From: Chara braunii
Lineage: Eukaryota; Plantae; Charophyceae
Assembly (NCBI GenBank): GCA_003427395.1
Contig: BFEA01000012.1
Coordinates: 3,768,753-3,828,473 of the forward strand
Length of the DNA stretch: 59,721 nucleotides
Reading direction: 5' to 3'
Part shown: positions 11,481-22,399 of the stretch, one piece after another
Numbering within the stretch: the first letter of the stretch is position 1
How the letters are laid out: the number at the start of each line of letters is the position of its first letter
The notes under the pieces: generated by a model
Databases searched by the model: none
The model's input: only the letters and a program-made list of their open reading frames with translations
What the model was told of the DNA's origin: nothing
Translations under genes and position numbers: made by a program

Positions 11481-12049
11481 CTATTTTCTTAGCACTCACT
11501 TGAAGGTGAATTTAGGTTTAGTCTTGGAAAACATTTGGGTGAGATGTGATATGGGGGTTTATTCTTCATGCACTTATAGCTTAGTTTTGGGAATTGGCCT
11601 ATGTTGTGTTACAAGTTCTTTTTCGACCATTTCGATTCAAGATTTGACTAGTTTCAGCCCGATTCTACGAGGATCATCTTCTACTGTCTTCTTAAAACAG
11701 ATTAGTTGTAAATCTTTCGGTTTTCGCCTCAACTCTAACTCATTATCGCTACTCAAGCTAAAGGCCTTAGCCCCTATGGGTTGAATTCTTCTCATTATAT
11801 TTTTACGCGGACTTTATCAATTGGCCATTTAAAAAGGACAAAGTATTTTATTTTGGAAGGTTGGATAAAGGTTGGAGCTTGTGTGGATAAAGCAAGCGGA
11901 ATGAATGCAGAGAGTGGTTAAAGTTGACCTCGTGTGATGCGTTATTTGCCAATGTGAAATCTGTAATATGATTGCATGTATGTTTGTGGTTCGAACTCTG
12001 GATTTAACTTGTCTGCGATCATGTGTATATTTTGAAGGAAGTCACACTA

Positions 12050-13060
12050 TAATTGTGAGAGTAATCGTTCTGTATCTTATAACCCTTTTATATTTGTATT
12101 TTGTGTATTCGTGCGGTTCATTATGAGTATGAGAAAAAATCAAGCAGATCTGTATTGAGAGAAAAGGAAAATTCTCTTTTACCTTCTTCTTCTTAGCGAT
12201 TTTTTAGTTTGACATTAAGGTCTGTGGCGGCTATCAAAGTCAAACCCCTTGACCTGTTTTCAGAACCTGGATAATGGAGCCTTATGCACAGAGTCGGATT
12301 TGTTTAGTCCCCACAAAGGGTCAATGCCCACCTACCACTCTCCTATGCAGGGTGCAGAAGATGGCAGGATGCTCTGTCCACTTATGCGTTCGCTAGTGAA
12401 TTGACCCCTTAAACACATGAGCGTCGAATGCAATCCCATGACTTAATGTGGGTCGCATGTTTATGAGCACTATATATAACTTTGTTGTCACGATTGGTCA
12501 CGTATTCACGCAGGATTGATCACTTATGATAGATGTTTATTTGGCGACGACTATTTATGTATAGTTTCATACGTGCAACCTTTGCGCATAATTATGAAAA
12601 CAATTATGGGGCGAATACAAAAAGGGACTAGGCGTGACTTATGTGAGAAACTTGGTTTTATTTTTGTGTGGCGTAATGTGTGGTTAGATAGACTCGTCCT
12701 AGTCGATCGATGCTGAACCCCGCTTGGGACATCATCGCCCAGAGCGTCGGTTCGCGTACGGGTCCGTTAAAGGTGTTTGACCGCGCGTACCCCCTATGCT
12801 ACAACGTATGAGAAACGCCCTCGATTGGGCCACCTCTACGATTGCAACTGAGAAACTTTTGCACGTGGTTTAGTAGCTCGACGGAGATACGTCTGTCCAA
12901 GGGTGATGACAACCATTGGGCAGAGATACGTTGTGTCTCACGTGACCCCTATCATGTCATAGGGGTTCGTGAGAGGTGCGGTTGGAGCACTGGAGCGGCA
13001 AAAGCTCCACTGCAATAAAAAATCCTGTAAAATCCTGCGTGACCGATGCGCTCGACACCG
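12050..13060 (+). repeat. Terminal-repeat family copy 2 (structured core 12696-12990)
   Basis: Homologous to 350-1133 and to 27155-28030 (minus). Ends GCGCTCGACACCG. Confidence 0.8.
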
Positions 13061-13094
13061 CTGCTGCTCCTCCTCCTCCTCCTCTTCCTACTTT

Positions 13095-13282
13095 GCAGAC
13101 TTTGGCTTCCATGACAACCGTCTAGCTGTCTGTATCAATCAACACCCTTTGTGGTGTTTGGGTCAGCGAGCAGTTAGGCAGCGTAGCTCCACTTTCGGTT
13201 CATCCCACATCGCTAGTTCTGCTTACCTTAAATGACCCACGTGAACCTTTCATTGATCCTCAAGGTTCGCTTAAGCAACCCC
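13095..13282 (-). pseudogene. 26S rRNA fragment (antisense on +)
   Basis: CTTCCATGAC.ACCGTC..GCTGTC..AACACCCTTTGTGG..GGTTCATCCCACATCGCTAGTTCTGCTTACC is the reverse complement of conserved LSU sequence. Confidence 0.9.
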
Positions 13283-13309
13283 TTTCCTTAATTGTTTTTT
13301 TTCTTCTTA

Positions 13310-14772
13310 ATTCAATCAAACAATCAATTAATCAATCAACCAATCAATTATTCAATCAATCATTTCAATCGAATCGATTGAGGATCTTGATAATAATTCA
13401 ATCAAGATCCAATCAAATCAATCGATTCGATCAGAATGATTGACTGATTGATTGATTGTTTGATTGATTCAATCAAGCTATCATGAGGGAAACTTAAGAG
13501 GGAACCAACTACTAAACGGTTCAATAAGTATTTCGCCCATATACCATTTAACTCGTCATCATCCTCGTCCTCCTCTTCCTCCTTGTCTGCCTCCTCCTCC
13601 TCCGCCTCCTCTTCCTCTTCTTCTTCGTCCTCATCTTCCTCATCTTCCTCCTCCTCTTCCTCCTCCTCGTCCTCGTCGTGTACTTCTTCTTCCTGCTCGC
13701 CTTCCTCATCATCGTTCCCCTCCTCCCCAACAATCAACCAATCAACCAATCAACCAAGCAACCAATCAACCAATCAACCAATAAACCAATCAATCAATCA
13801 ATCAATCAATCATCCCAATCGAATCGATTCGATTGATTCCATTGGATCTTTATTGTCATTCAATCAAGATCCAATTTAATCAATCGATTTGATTGATTGA
13901 TTGATTGATGGATGGATTGATTGATTGATCGATTGGTTAAAAAAATAAAAATGAAAATAAAAAAATTACAATGGGGAGGGTCAACGTCCGCGACGACAAC
14001 GTTGTTGTCATCCCCCACGTCCTCCTTCTCCTCCTCGTACTCCTTGTCATGGTCCTCCTCCCCTTATTCATAGTCCTCCTATTCCTCCTCATCTTCCTCC
14101 GCCTTCTCCTCCTCCTCCTCCTTCTCTCCTTTCTCTTCCTCCTCCACGTTGTTCTCCCACTCCTCCTCCTTTTCCTCCTCCTCCTCCACATTGTTCTCCC
14201 ACTCCTCCTCCTCCTCCTCCCCCTCCTTTCCACCAGAAAGCTCCTCCCCCTACTCATCCTCCCTCTCTTCGTCAGAAAGTTCCTCCTTTTTCTCGTTTCC
14301 TCCGCCTCCTCCTCCTCCTCCTCCTCCACGCCTCCTCCTCCTCCCCCTCTCTACCAGAAAGTTCCTCCTCCTCCTTGTCATCCTCCCTCTCCTCCTCCTC
14401 CTTGTCATCCTCCCTCTCCTCCTACTCGTCGCCGTCTTCCTCCTCTTCCTCCTAGTCCTCCTATTCCTCCTCATCTTCATACCCCTTCTCCTCCTCCTGT
14501 TCTTCCTCCTCTCCCTCCTCTTCCTCCTCTTCCTCCTCTTCCTCCTCTTCCTCCTCTTCCTCCTCTTCCTCCTCTTCCTCCTCTTCCTCCTTCATGTTCT
14601 CCCCCTCCTCCTCCTCCTCCTCCTCCTCCTTCCCCTCTCCGCCAGAAAGGTCCTCGACAACCAACCAACCAACCAACCAACGATCAATCAATCCAATTGA
14701 ATCTTGATTTTTATTCAATCAATATCCAATCTAATCAATCGATTCGATTGATTGATTGATTGATTGATTGAT
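13310..14772. repeat. Three more (AATC)n-core-(GATT)n hairpin modules (13310-13470, 13730-13935, 14660-14772) interleaved with (CCT/CTT)n tracts
   Basis: Cores GGATCTTGAT..ATCAAGATCC, ATTGGATCTT..AAGATCCAAT and a degenerate third copy. Confidence 0.85.
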
Positions 14773-15114
14773 TTAGAAAAAAAAAAAAAAACGCAAGGGG
14801 CGAGTCGACGTCCTCGTCGACAGAGTCGATGTCGTCCCCCTCCTCCTCCTCTTTCTCCTCCTTCTCTTCCTCCTCTATCTCCTCCCTCTCCTCCTACTCA
14901 TCGTCCTCCTCCTCCCCCTCCTCTTCCTCCTATTCCTCCTCGTCTTCCTCCGTTTCCTCCTCCTCCTCCTCTTCCTCCTCTTTCTCATATTCCTCCTCGT
15001 CTTCCTCCACCTCCTCCTCTCCCTCCTCCACTTTGTTCTCTTGCTCCTCCTCCTTCTCCACGTCCTCGTCTCCTACTCCTCTTCCTCTTCCTCTTCCTCC
15101 TCCTTTTCCTGCTT

Positions 15115-15421
15115 TTCAGATTTCGGCGTCCATGACCATTGTGCTGCTGTCTGCATCAATCACCACCCTTTGTGGTATCTAGGTTAGTGCGCAGTTTGGG
15201 AGCGTAGGCTCAACTTTTGGTTCATCCCACATCGCTAGTTCTGCTTACCAGAAACGACTCACTTGGAGCTTTCATTGATCCTCAAAGTTCGCTTGAGCAA
15301 CCCCGAAATCTTACATATTTGAAGTTTGGGAACAGGTCGAGGGTGCTTCACCTCGGAGGCCGCTAATTAATCGCTTTACCCGATAAAACTTTTAAACAGC
15401 TCCAACTACTATCATGGAAAC
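15115..15421 (-). pseudogene. 26S rRNA fragment (antisense on +), longer paralogue of 13095-13282
   Basis: CCATGACCA..ACCCTTTGTGG..AGGTTAG..GGTTCATCCC..CTGCTTACCA..CACTTGGAGCT..TATTT.AAGTTTG.GAA.AGGTCGAGG..CGCTTTACCCGATAAAACT. Confidence 0.92.
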
Positions 15422-15424
15422 GGA

Positions 15425-16027
15425 TGACGCGGCAGGGCGAGGATGAGGAGGAAGAGGAGGAGGGCGGGTAGGGGGAGGATAGGGAGGATAGGGAGGATGA
15501 AGAGCAGGAGGAGGAGGAAGAGGAGGGGGAGAAGAGGGAGGAGGTGAAGGAGAAAGAGGAAGAAGAGGAGGAGGAGGAGGAGGAGGTGGAGGAGGAGGAG
15601 AGGAGGAAGTAGAGGAGGAAGTAGAGGAGGAAGTAGAGGAGGAGGGCAACACGAACACGATGAGGAGGGGGAGGTGGACGAGGAGGAGCACAAGGAGGAA
15701 GATGAAGAAGTAGAAGACAAGGACGAGGAGGAGGAAGAAGAGGATGAGGGAGAGGAAGAGGAGGAGTAGGAGGAGGAAGAAGAAGAAGTGGAACTGTAGA
15801 AGATGAGAAGGAAGAAGAAGAAGAAGAAGAAGAAGAAGAAGAAGAAGAAGAAGAAGAAGAAGAAGAAGACGAAGAAGAAGAAGAAGAAGAAGAAGAAGAA
15901 GAAGACGAGGGAGGAGGAGGAGGAGGAGTATGAGCAGGAGGAGGAGGACGATGAGGAGGAGGACGAGGAGGAGGAGGACGAGGAGGAGGAGATGGAGGAG
16001 GAGGAGCAAAAGGTGGAGGAGGAGGAG

Positions 16028-16059
<32 letters not shown>

Positions 16060-16090
16060 GGAAGAGGAGGAGGCGGAGGAGGAAGAGGAG

Positions 16091-16125
<35 letters not shown>

Positions 16126-16291
16126 GGAGGACGATGAAGAGGAGGAGAAGGTGGAGGAGGAGGAGGAGGAGAAGAAGGTGGAGGAGGAGGAGGAAGAGAA
16201 GAAGGTGGAGGAGGAAGAGGAGGAGGAGGAGGAGGAGGAGGAGGAAGAGGAAGAGGAGGAGGAAGAGGATGACGAGGAGGACGAGGAGGAC

Positions 16292-16323
<32 letters not shown>

Positions 16324-16396
16324 CAAGGAGGACGAGGAGTACGAAGAGGAAGAGTAGAAGGAGGACGAGGAAGAGGATGACGACAAGGAGTACGCG

Positions 16397-16437
<41 letters not shown>

Positions 16438-16620
16438 GGAGGAAGAAGAAGAAGATGATGATAATGATGATGATGAGGAGGAGGGCGACGACGATGTGGA
16501 CGGCGACGAGAGGAAGGAGGAGGAGGAGGACGAGGAGGAGGAGGAGGATAACGAGGAAGAGGAGGAGGAGGAGGTGGAGGTGGGTACCTAACCTTGTCGC
16601 CGATGGAGGAGGAGGACGAG
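15425..16620. repeat. (GAG/GAA)n polypurine low-complexity tract
   Basis: Visible directly, including a near-pure (GAA)n run at ~15810-15905. Confidence 0.95.
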
Positions 16621-17187
16621 GCTCCCAATGGTGGTTCCAACAGTTGAACAGCGGCCCAGTGGGGCATCAGGCCGTTAGCGCCAACGCACAGGAGGTGAAC
16701 AGATGGCAGCACGACAACGAGGCAGTCGGTCGTTGGTAGGGAGGGATGGGGGGTCGGGCCACTACCTACACGCAATCCGAAACGCACTGGCGTGATTTCA
16801 AATTAAGAAATGGCCCGACCTGGGCTGTTGATCTTAGTGGATCGACGACCGAGATCGCGGAATTTTTTTTTCGAATTCCGTTGGCCCCTTACCAGATTCG
16901 TCATCGCAATAGGGTCCCAGGGGTTGATTAAAAACCCTTGGCGTCCCCAAATCTCTGAAAGAACCCCTGCGCCTATTTTGCACAAGCCCCAGAATAGTTA
17001 TTTCCGGGTCCTTAAGGGGTTATATTTTCCAGCCGGATATACCTGATGGTCAAGGGTCATCCAGATATTCAAAAAAAAAACCTATGATTTTTTGTATGAA
17101 AAACAAAAGACCAGTCTCATCCAGTAGGAGACACTTAGAGTCTAAAATAAGGCAAAATGGATTAAAGCGAATTTAAAGAGTTAAAAC

Positions 17188-17289
17188 CTAGGTTGTTGGA
17201 TCGGACGTCCGGGACCCCTCTGACCGTCCGGGATGTCCGACCGGACGTCTGGTCGGACGTACGACCGGACAGGGGTTGTCCGACCTACC

Positions 17290-17325
<36 letters not shown>

Positions 17326-17554
17326 GAAAAATCTGAAAAAAATATATGTTATGTAACATAACAATACAAGCAACTTTTGCCTTGGAGTCATGTTCAAATT
17401 CGCAGTCAATCATGAGTTAAGAATCAAAAACCGAAAAAAAAAATTATTTTTTTTTTACAAAAAAAAAAACTTTTTTCCTGGACGACGGGGGTACCGAACG
17501 TATGGGGGAGACGTCCGGGGGAGACGTCCGGCCCCTGGACCATTGGTAACCTAG
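17188..17554. mobile_element. hAT-like MITE, copy 1
   Basis: Termini CTAGGTT..AACCTAG and a perfect 8-bp TSD GTTAAAAC (17180-17187, 17555-17562). Subterminal GTCCGG motifs. Confidence 0.9.
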
Positions 17555-17829
17555 GTTAAAACTGAGTTTTTTTTTTTTTTTTTAACAATCTAATAACGAA
17601 AGTCATTTTTCGTTCGTTATTGCTTTGACAAAAAAAAAAAAAAAATTTAAAACTCTCTTCATGTTTTCCTTTTGCACTCGACACCCCCAAAACAACAAAC
17701 AGAATAAATGTGTTCCTATGCTTTGGACTACGTAAAATACATTGTCACTACAAAGCATCCATTTGATTCATTCCATACCGATCTTTCATGAATACTTCAT
17801 TTTTTTAGCCACTCTCAAATTCGGATCGC

Positions 17830-19300
17830 TCAGGTTGCCGATGAGGAATTGAATCGCTCATTCACGACATTGAAACTAGAGACGGTGGTAGACCAGATGG
17901 TTAATGGTAATACCCTGACCTTGACGGCCTGCCAGTCGAGCTCTTCCAATGTTGTCAGGAGACCTTTATTCTTGTGCCAGATGTACAATCGCATACTCAA
18001 GACAGAAACAATTGCCGAAGGATTTGGCAGCATCACTCCTCTAAAAAAAAAAAAAGCAACAAAATAGAAGTGAAAAACAATCGTCCGATCTTTATGTTAA
18101 ATGTGGTTTATAAAATCCTTGCGGCGACCCTTCTCTTGCGCCTAGTTGAGTCCCTCCTGACTTGGGAGGTTGGAAACATGGTGCCTTTATGATAGGATTT
18201 TGTATCTGAGTCTTCGATAACATTGTGACGAGAGTATTAGCTTTAGAAGTAATTGGGGTTGATAAATATCAAATAGAAATGTTATTATTAGATATGGCTT
18301 ATGTTAAGGTAAGCTAGACTTTTGTCTCAGCTATGCTATTGGAAATGGGTTTTGGACCAATGTTCATATGCACAGTCAAAACCATGTTCTCACAAACCAC
18401 TTTGTTGGTACTCTTAAATGAGAAACTTTCATATGAGTTTCCATTAATGCCCTCCCTTTGCCAAGGGTGTCCTTTGGCACCTTTGTTGTTCGTCCTCCAG
18501 TTGAAGACCTTATTAAACAACATAAGATATAATAAAAATATAGATGGGTTGTAAGTTTCTTTTTCACTTTATTGGAAAACAGATACTATCGATAACAACC
18601 TCACAGTAGTCCGTGAGAATTTCTAACAATTATTGTCGGTCACTGCTCTTAGGGTAGTCTTGGATGTTTATTGTGATCTTTATGGAGCGCCAATCAATTG
18701 GGACAGATCAATATTATTTTTGACCCTCCCCCTATGTTTTGTTCGTGGCTTTGGGTCTACGTTAAATCCCGCTTTGTGTTGTTTAAGACTTAAAGTATCA
18801 CTGCTAACTGTGCAGATACACAAAACAATTTATTCGTTGACCGAGTTACAACAAGAGTGGTAAATTGAATCCATATTCATAAACTTTCTCTCTTTGGCAA
18901 AACCTTGGTGTTGACTTCGGCGACCATCTCACTTTTGTGGTGTCTATTGTCGATCCATTACTTGGGAGAAGTTGCTTAAACAAAAATCAAGCATGTGGCA
19001 ACACACTATTTATGGAAGTTAATACATCACCAATCCAAGGATTCATATTCAAAGTTGTTTGGGAGGCTATCTCACTGGTTAGATCATTAGGGGGCTTGGG
19101 ATCTTAGACCCCCATGAACAAAACCATGCTCTTTTAAGTAAGTGGATTGTAACGGCTCAAAGTTTTGGGTAAAATTTGCAGAGTATCTTCTACGCAATAG
19201 GCATTGGCAGATACTTCTAATATGACATTGTTTGTTAGTTCCCTCATTTGCCAATAGAAAACCCATATCAAAAGTCAGGTCTACCATCTTGCTAGCCTGA
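17830..19300 (+). pseudogene. LINE ORF2 reverse transcriptase and post-RT region, decayed
   Basis: EVKNNRPIFMLNVVYKILA, MGFGPMF, QGCPLAPLLFVL, DNNLT (ADD site), GAPINWDRS, WEAI..GGLG/ILDP. Confidence 0.9.
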
Positions 19301-22300
19301 AGTTAACTTCAGTCAGGACCAATGAGAGAACCCTCTACCTATATAGAACTTATAAATTAATTTATTTTTGAAAATCCTTACATTATGAACTCGGAGGGAA
19401 CTGCCTTTGGGGCCAATATTGAGAAGGGGAATTTGGGGAAATAATGGATGGAAAAAGGAGTAATTTTAATTAAGGATATATGAGACACAAACTTTTCAGA
19501 CTGGATATCGCTTGGAGAGTTGAAACTTTTACTGCGAAAAAATTGGAATATGGACAACAATTATGAAGCTCTTCTTTCAGCGATTGCACTCTATGAAAAA
19601 AAATTGTTAGATGAGTATTTTAATGCACCATCGACATATGATTATTCACAACAACCCAGGGTAATCAGAATGGAGGAATAATAGGCCTTGAAACTGGAGA
19701 TGGAATGAGAATGGAGATGTGGACTGTTATAAATACCTCGATGAGTCCTAATTGTTTATTTCCTGTAAAGAGGAGGTTATCCCCAGTACAGTCGGTCTCA
19801 GTGAGGCTAGAGTTTAGGAGAACAACGTAGCATGTCCGCCCAGTTTCATGGTGGTTAGGGATGCAACATAAGACTTTGTCATGAAACTGTTGTTATATGG
19901 ACTAAAAATCCGAAAGGATTATACTGCTTTCCCCTCATCCAGTACAAGACGAAGGTGAAAGTTTTTATTCAGAGACAAAAGGTTAAAAAACAACCAATTA
20001 TGCTTCTGGATCAATGCTTCAATCAACAGACTACACCCAATATACCTAAATCAAAATTTTTAAATATTTGACACTAGAGAAAATATAATTCCACTGGCAT
20101 CTACATGCGGGGATGATTTGACTATGGACAATGCAAGTCACGACATTGGTAGTATGGATGAAATGGAAAGATGTATGTATCGACATGATTAACAAAGTTG
20201 AAAAAGCACAAAGTACAAGTACGAAGTTAAAAAAGAAATGAAAAAAAAAAAATGATGATTTGGCCATAGGCGATGCAGGTCACAGCATTAGCAGTATGAC
20301 TGCAATCGAAAGGTGTACCTCCCGGCATGATTAAACAAAGTTAAAAAGACACAAAGTACAAGCACCAACTTGAAAGGTATATCATCATAACAAGGAAAAA
20401 AACATAAAGTACAAATACCAAGTTGAAAAAATAAAAAGTGAAAAAATAAAGATTGATCATGAGCCTATGACAAAATGTTTTGTCAAACTTGCACCGACTT
20501 ATCAAGAAGATGAATCCTCCATAATCTGCAAAATCCCGATATTGATGCTTTTGGGTCATTAACCCTTTAACCCTTGTTGAAAGCATACTGTTGGCAAACA
20601 ACAATGCAAGTGGAGTATAGCAGCAGACAAGGACTCAGCGAAGCACCAACCAACGTTGTTGGTGCAACCCAATTACAAAGCGTCAAAGTTAATTGCATGA
20701 ACGGACCGCAAAGCAACAACACAACGAAGCGCAATGCAGCACTACAACAACGATAAAATTGCATGTCACACAAACAAAATGTACAGGACAACAAGGCACA
20801 TTGATGGACAGCAAGGAAACCACGAAACGAAGCATAAAGCAACACAAACTTGAACAAGGCAACACATTGTTCGTTTAGTTGCCTTGTCCACAAATCCAAC
20901 ACAAAGCAAAGTCATCCAAACCTACTCACACCACAAGAAGAACCTTGTAGACTATAGGTTTTAACCACCTGCTGAGTCAGGGGAACACTTAAACGAACGT
21001 TTCAAGTTGTCTTTGTCATCACCCATGGACGCACAAACATCCCCAACAAAGCTCCCCGCCTAATAGTGTTGTAGGCACTCCAAACAAGGAACAACCAACT
21101 ATTTGGCATAATCAAAATGCGCTTAATTAAACAACCAAAAAAATATTAAAAAACATTGGAGTTCAGGGCGTCCAATGACATAGCAAGGTTGGTGCCTACA
21201 GATGTCCATATGGTGAGCTCCCTGGAAGGGTTGCAGATAAGAGTAGCTCTATCCCTGGGACTTAGTGGGATGCTAAGATACGGTGTTGTGAGGCTCAAGT
21301 TGTGATCTGCTGTACGAGACTAAAATAAGAGAAAAAATGATGTTTTATGGGGGACAATCACAAGCGATTTTGCAACCATCGGATCCTCTCGTGACTGAGT
21401 ACTTCAGGTTGTCTCTCGATGCCTCACATCCACCCTCTATTACGACTTGGACTTTCATGAGGAAAAAAAAGATATAAAAAAAGAAACAGAAAGGAAGACA
21501 TACGAAAAACTGATTGTATGTGTGTGTTTTCAAGGAACCCCAAACTCTCTCTTGTTTTATCCATAAATCATCTATAAAATAGAAAAAATATAGATAGGCA
21601 GTATAGTAGAAGATGCAAGGTTGGCCACATTTTTGTGGTTAAACCGCTAGTACACGACCCCAACCTTGCCGAAAAGAAACTCGTCGCCTATCCAGAAAAG
21701 TCGGCGTCAGCGCGCCGTAGATAAAAGAAATTAGTGCCCGACGTCTCTTTTCGGCCTCTTGCACGACCCCATGACCGATGTGAGACATGTACTGGTGGTT
21801 TAAGCGCCAAGTCCCCACACACCCGTCTGCTACAGCAGCGACACACTTCAAGTTGCACAAATGTATGTATATATATATCTTGTCACATATGTATGAACTA
21901 AAAGAGCACACTTTGCGAAATAATCGCCAAAGATTAAAAATAAGACAAAGATGATGGGCACACTTAAACCATTCATTTTTCTCATTCTTCATTTAACTCG
22001 CCTTTCACCATGCCACTCACGTACAAGGCTCGCCACGTTGATGAAGTTGAACGCAAGCTACCCGCATTCCCATGTGCCATAACGACCCACTTGTATGTTG
22101 TGAGAAAAAGGCAGAGTAAGGGGGAAGGTGATAAACACAGGGAAGAGAAATGCAAAGAAGACAAACAAAGAACAAAAAAGGGAAAGTAAGGATAAAAAAA
22201 GGCTCAAGAATGAATACGACTTTAACAACAAAAAAGACATACATGTACAAATGAGGTGGATGGGCACATGGAAGACCTAGCTGAGTATTCTCAGCAAAAT

Positions 22301-22399
22301 AATTGCCACAACGGCTGACACTGAGGATACCCAACATACACTCCCGACAAATAGCATGTAGATTGCAGACCAAAATGAAGGAAGAACGCTCACCACAAA

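Larger units (their letters stand above)
5392..13060 (+). mobile_element. ~7.7 kb non-coding LTR-like block nested in a (CCT)n module
   Basis: The host module (start GTCGA..GTCGACAG.GTCG at ~5231, TTGTTCTCTCGC at 5379-5390) resumes at 13061 (CTGCTGCTCCTCC + 26S piece). The uninterrupted homologue is 14791-15421. The block ends with terminal-repeat copy 2, and its ends read TGGTG..CACCG. No clean TSD. Confidence 0.65.
4641..17056. mobile_element. Composite ~12.4 kb insertion splitting LINE ORF2 between APE and RT
   Basis: LINE coding text stops at ~4640 (DPLSYYFWLRRT) and resumes ~17060 (AKWIK). The interior is (CCT)/(AGG) tracts, (AATC)/(GATT) hairpins and 26S pieces. Ends read CCCT..AGGG but no unambiguous TSD or TIR. 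Confidence 0.6.
1122..20170 (+). mobile_element. Degenerate L1/Tx1-like non-LTR retrotransposon, interrupted by nested insertions
   Basis: ORF1-like remnant, APE endonuclease motifs at 3.7-4.35 kb, then RT and post-RT GGLG motif at 17.8-19.2 kb, all on the + strand in the expected order. Ends are approximate. Confidence 0.8.

Noticed and set aside
12930-12985. Group II intron domain V (GTGCGGTT / GTACAGTT)
   Set aside because: No AGC/CGC triad at the right spacing and the hairpin is too long.
13402-16787. Long poly-E/P/S/R/L ORFs (up to 474 aa), extensin- or nucleolin-like
   Set aside because: They are open in nearly all frames on both strands because (CCT/AGG)n lacks stops. No domain content.
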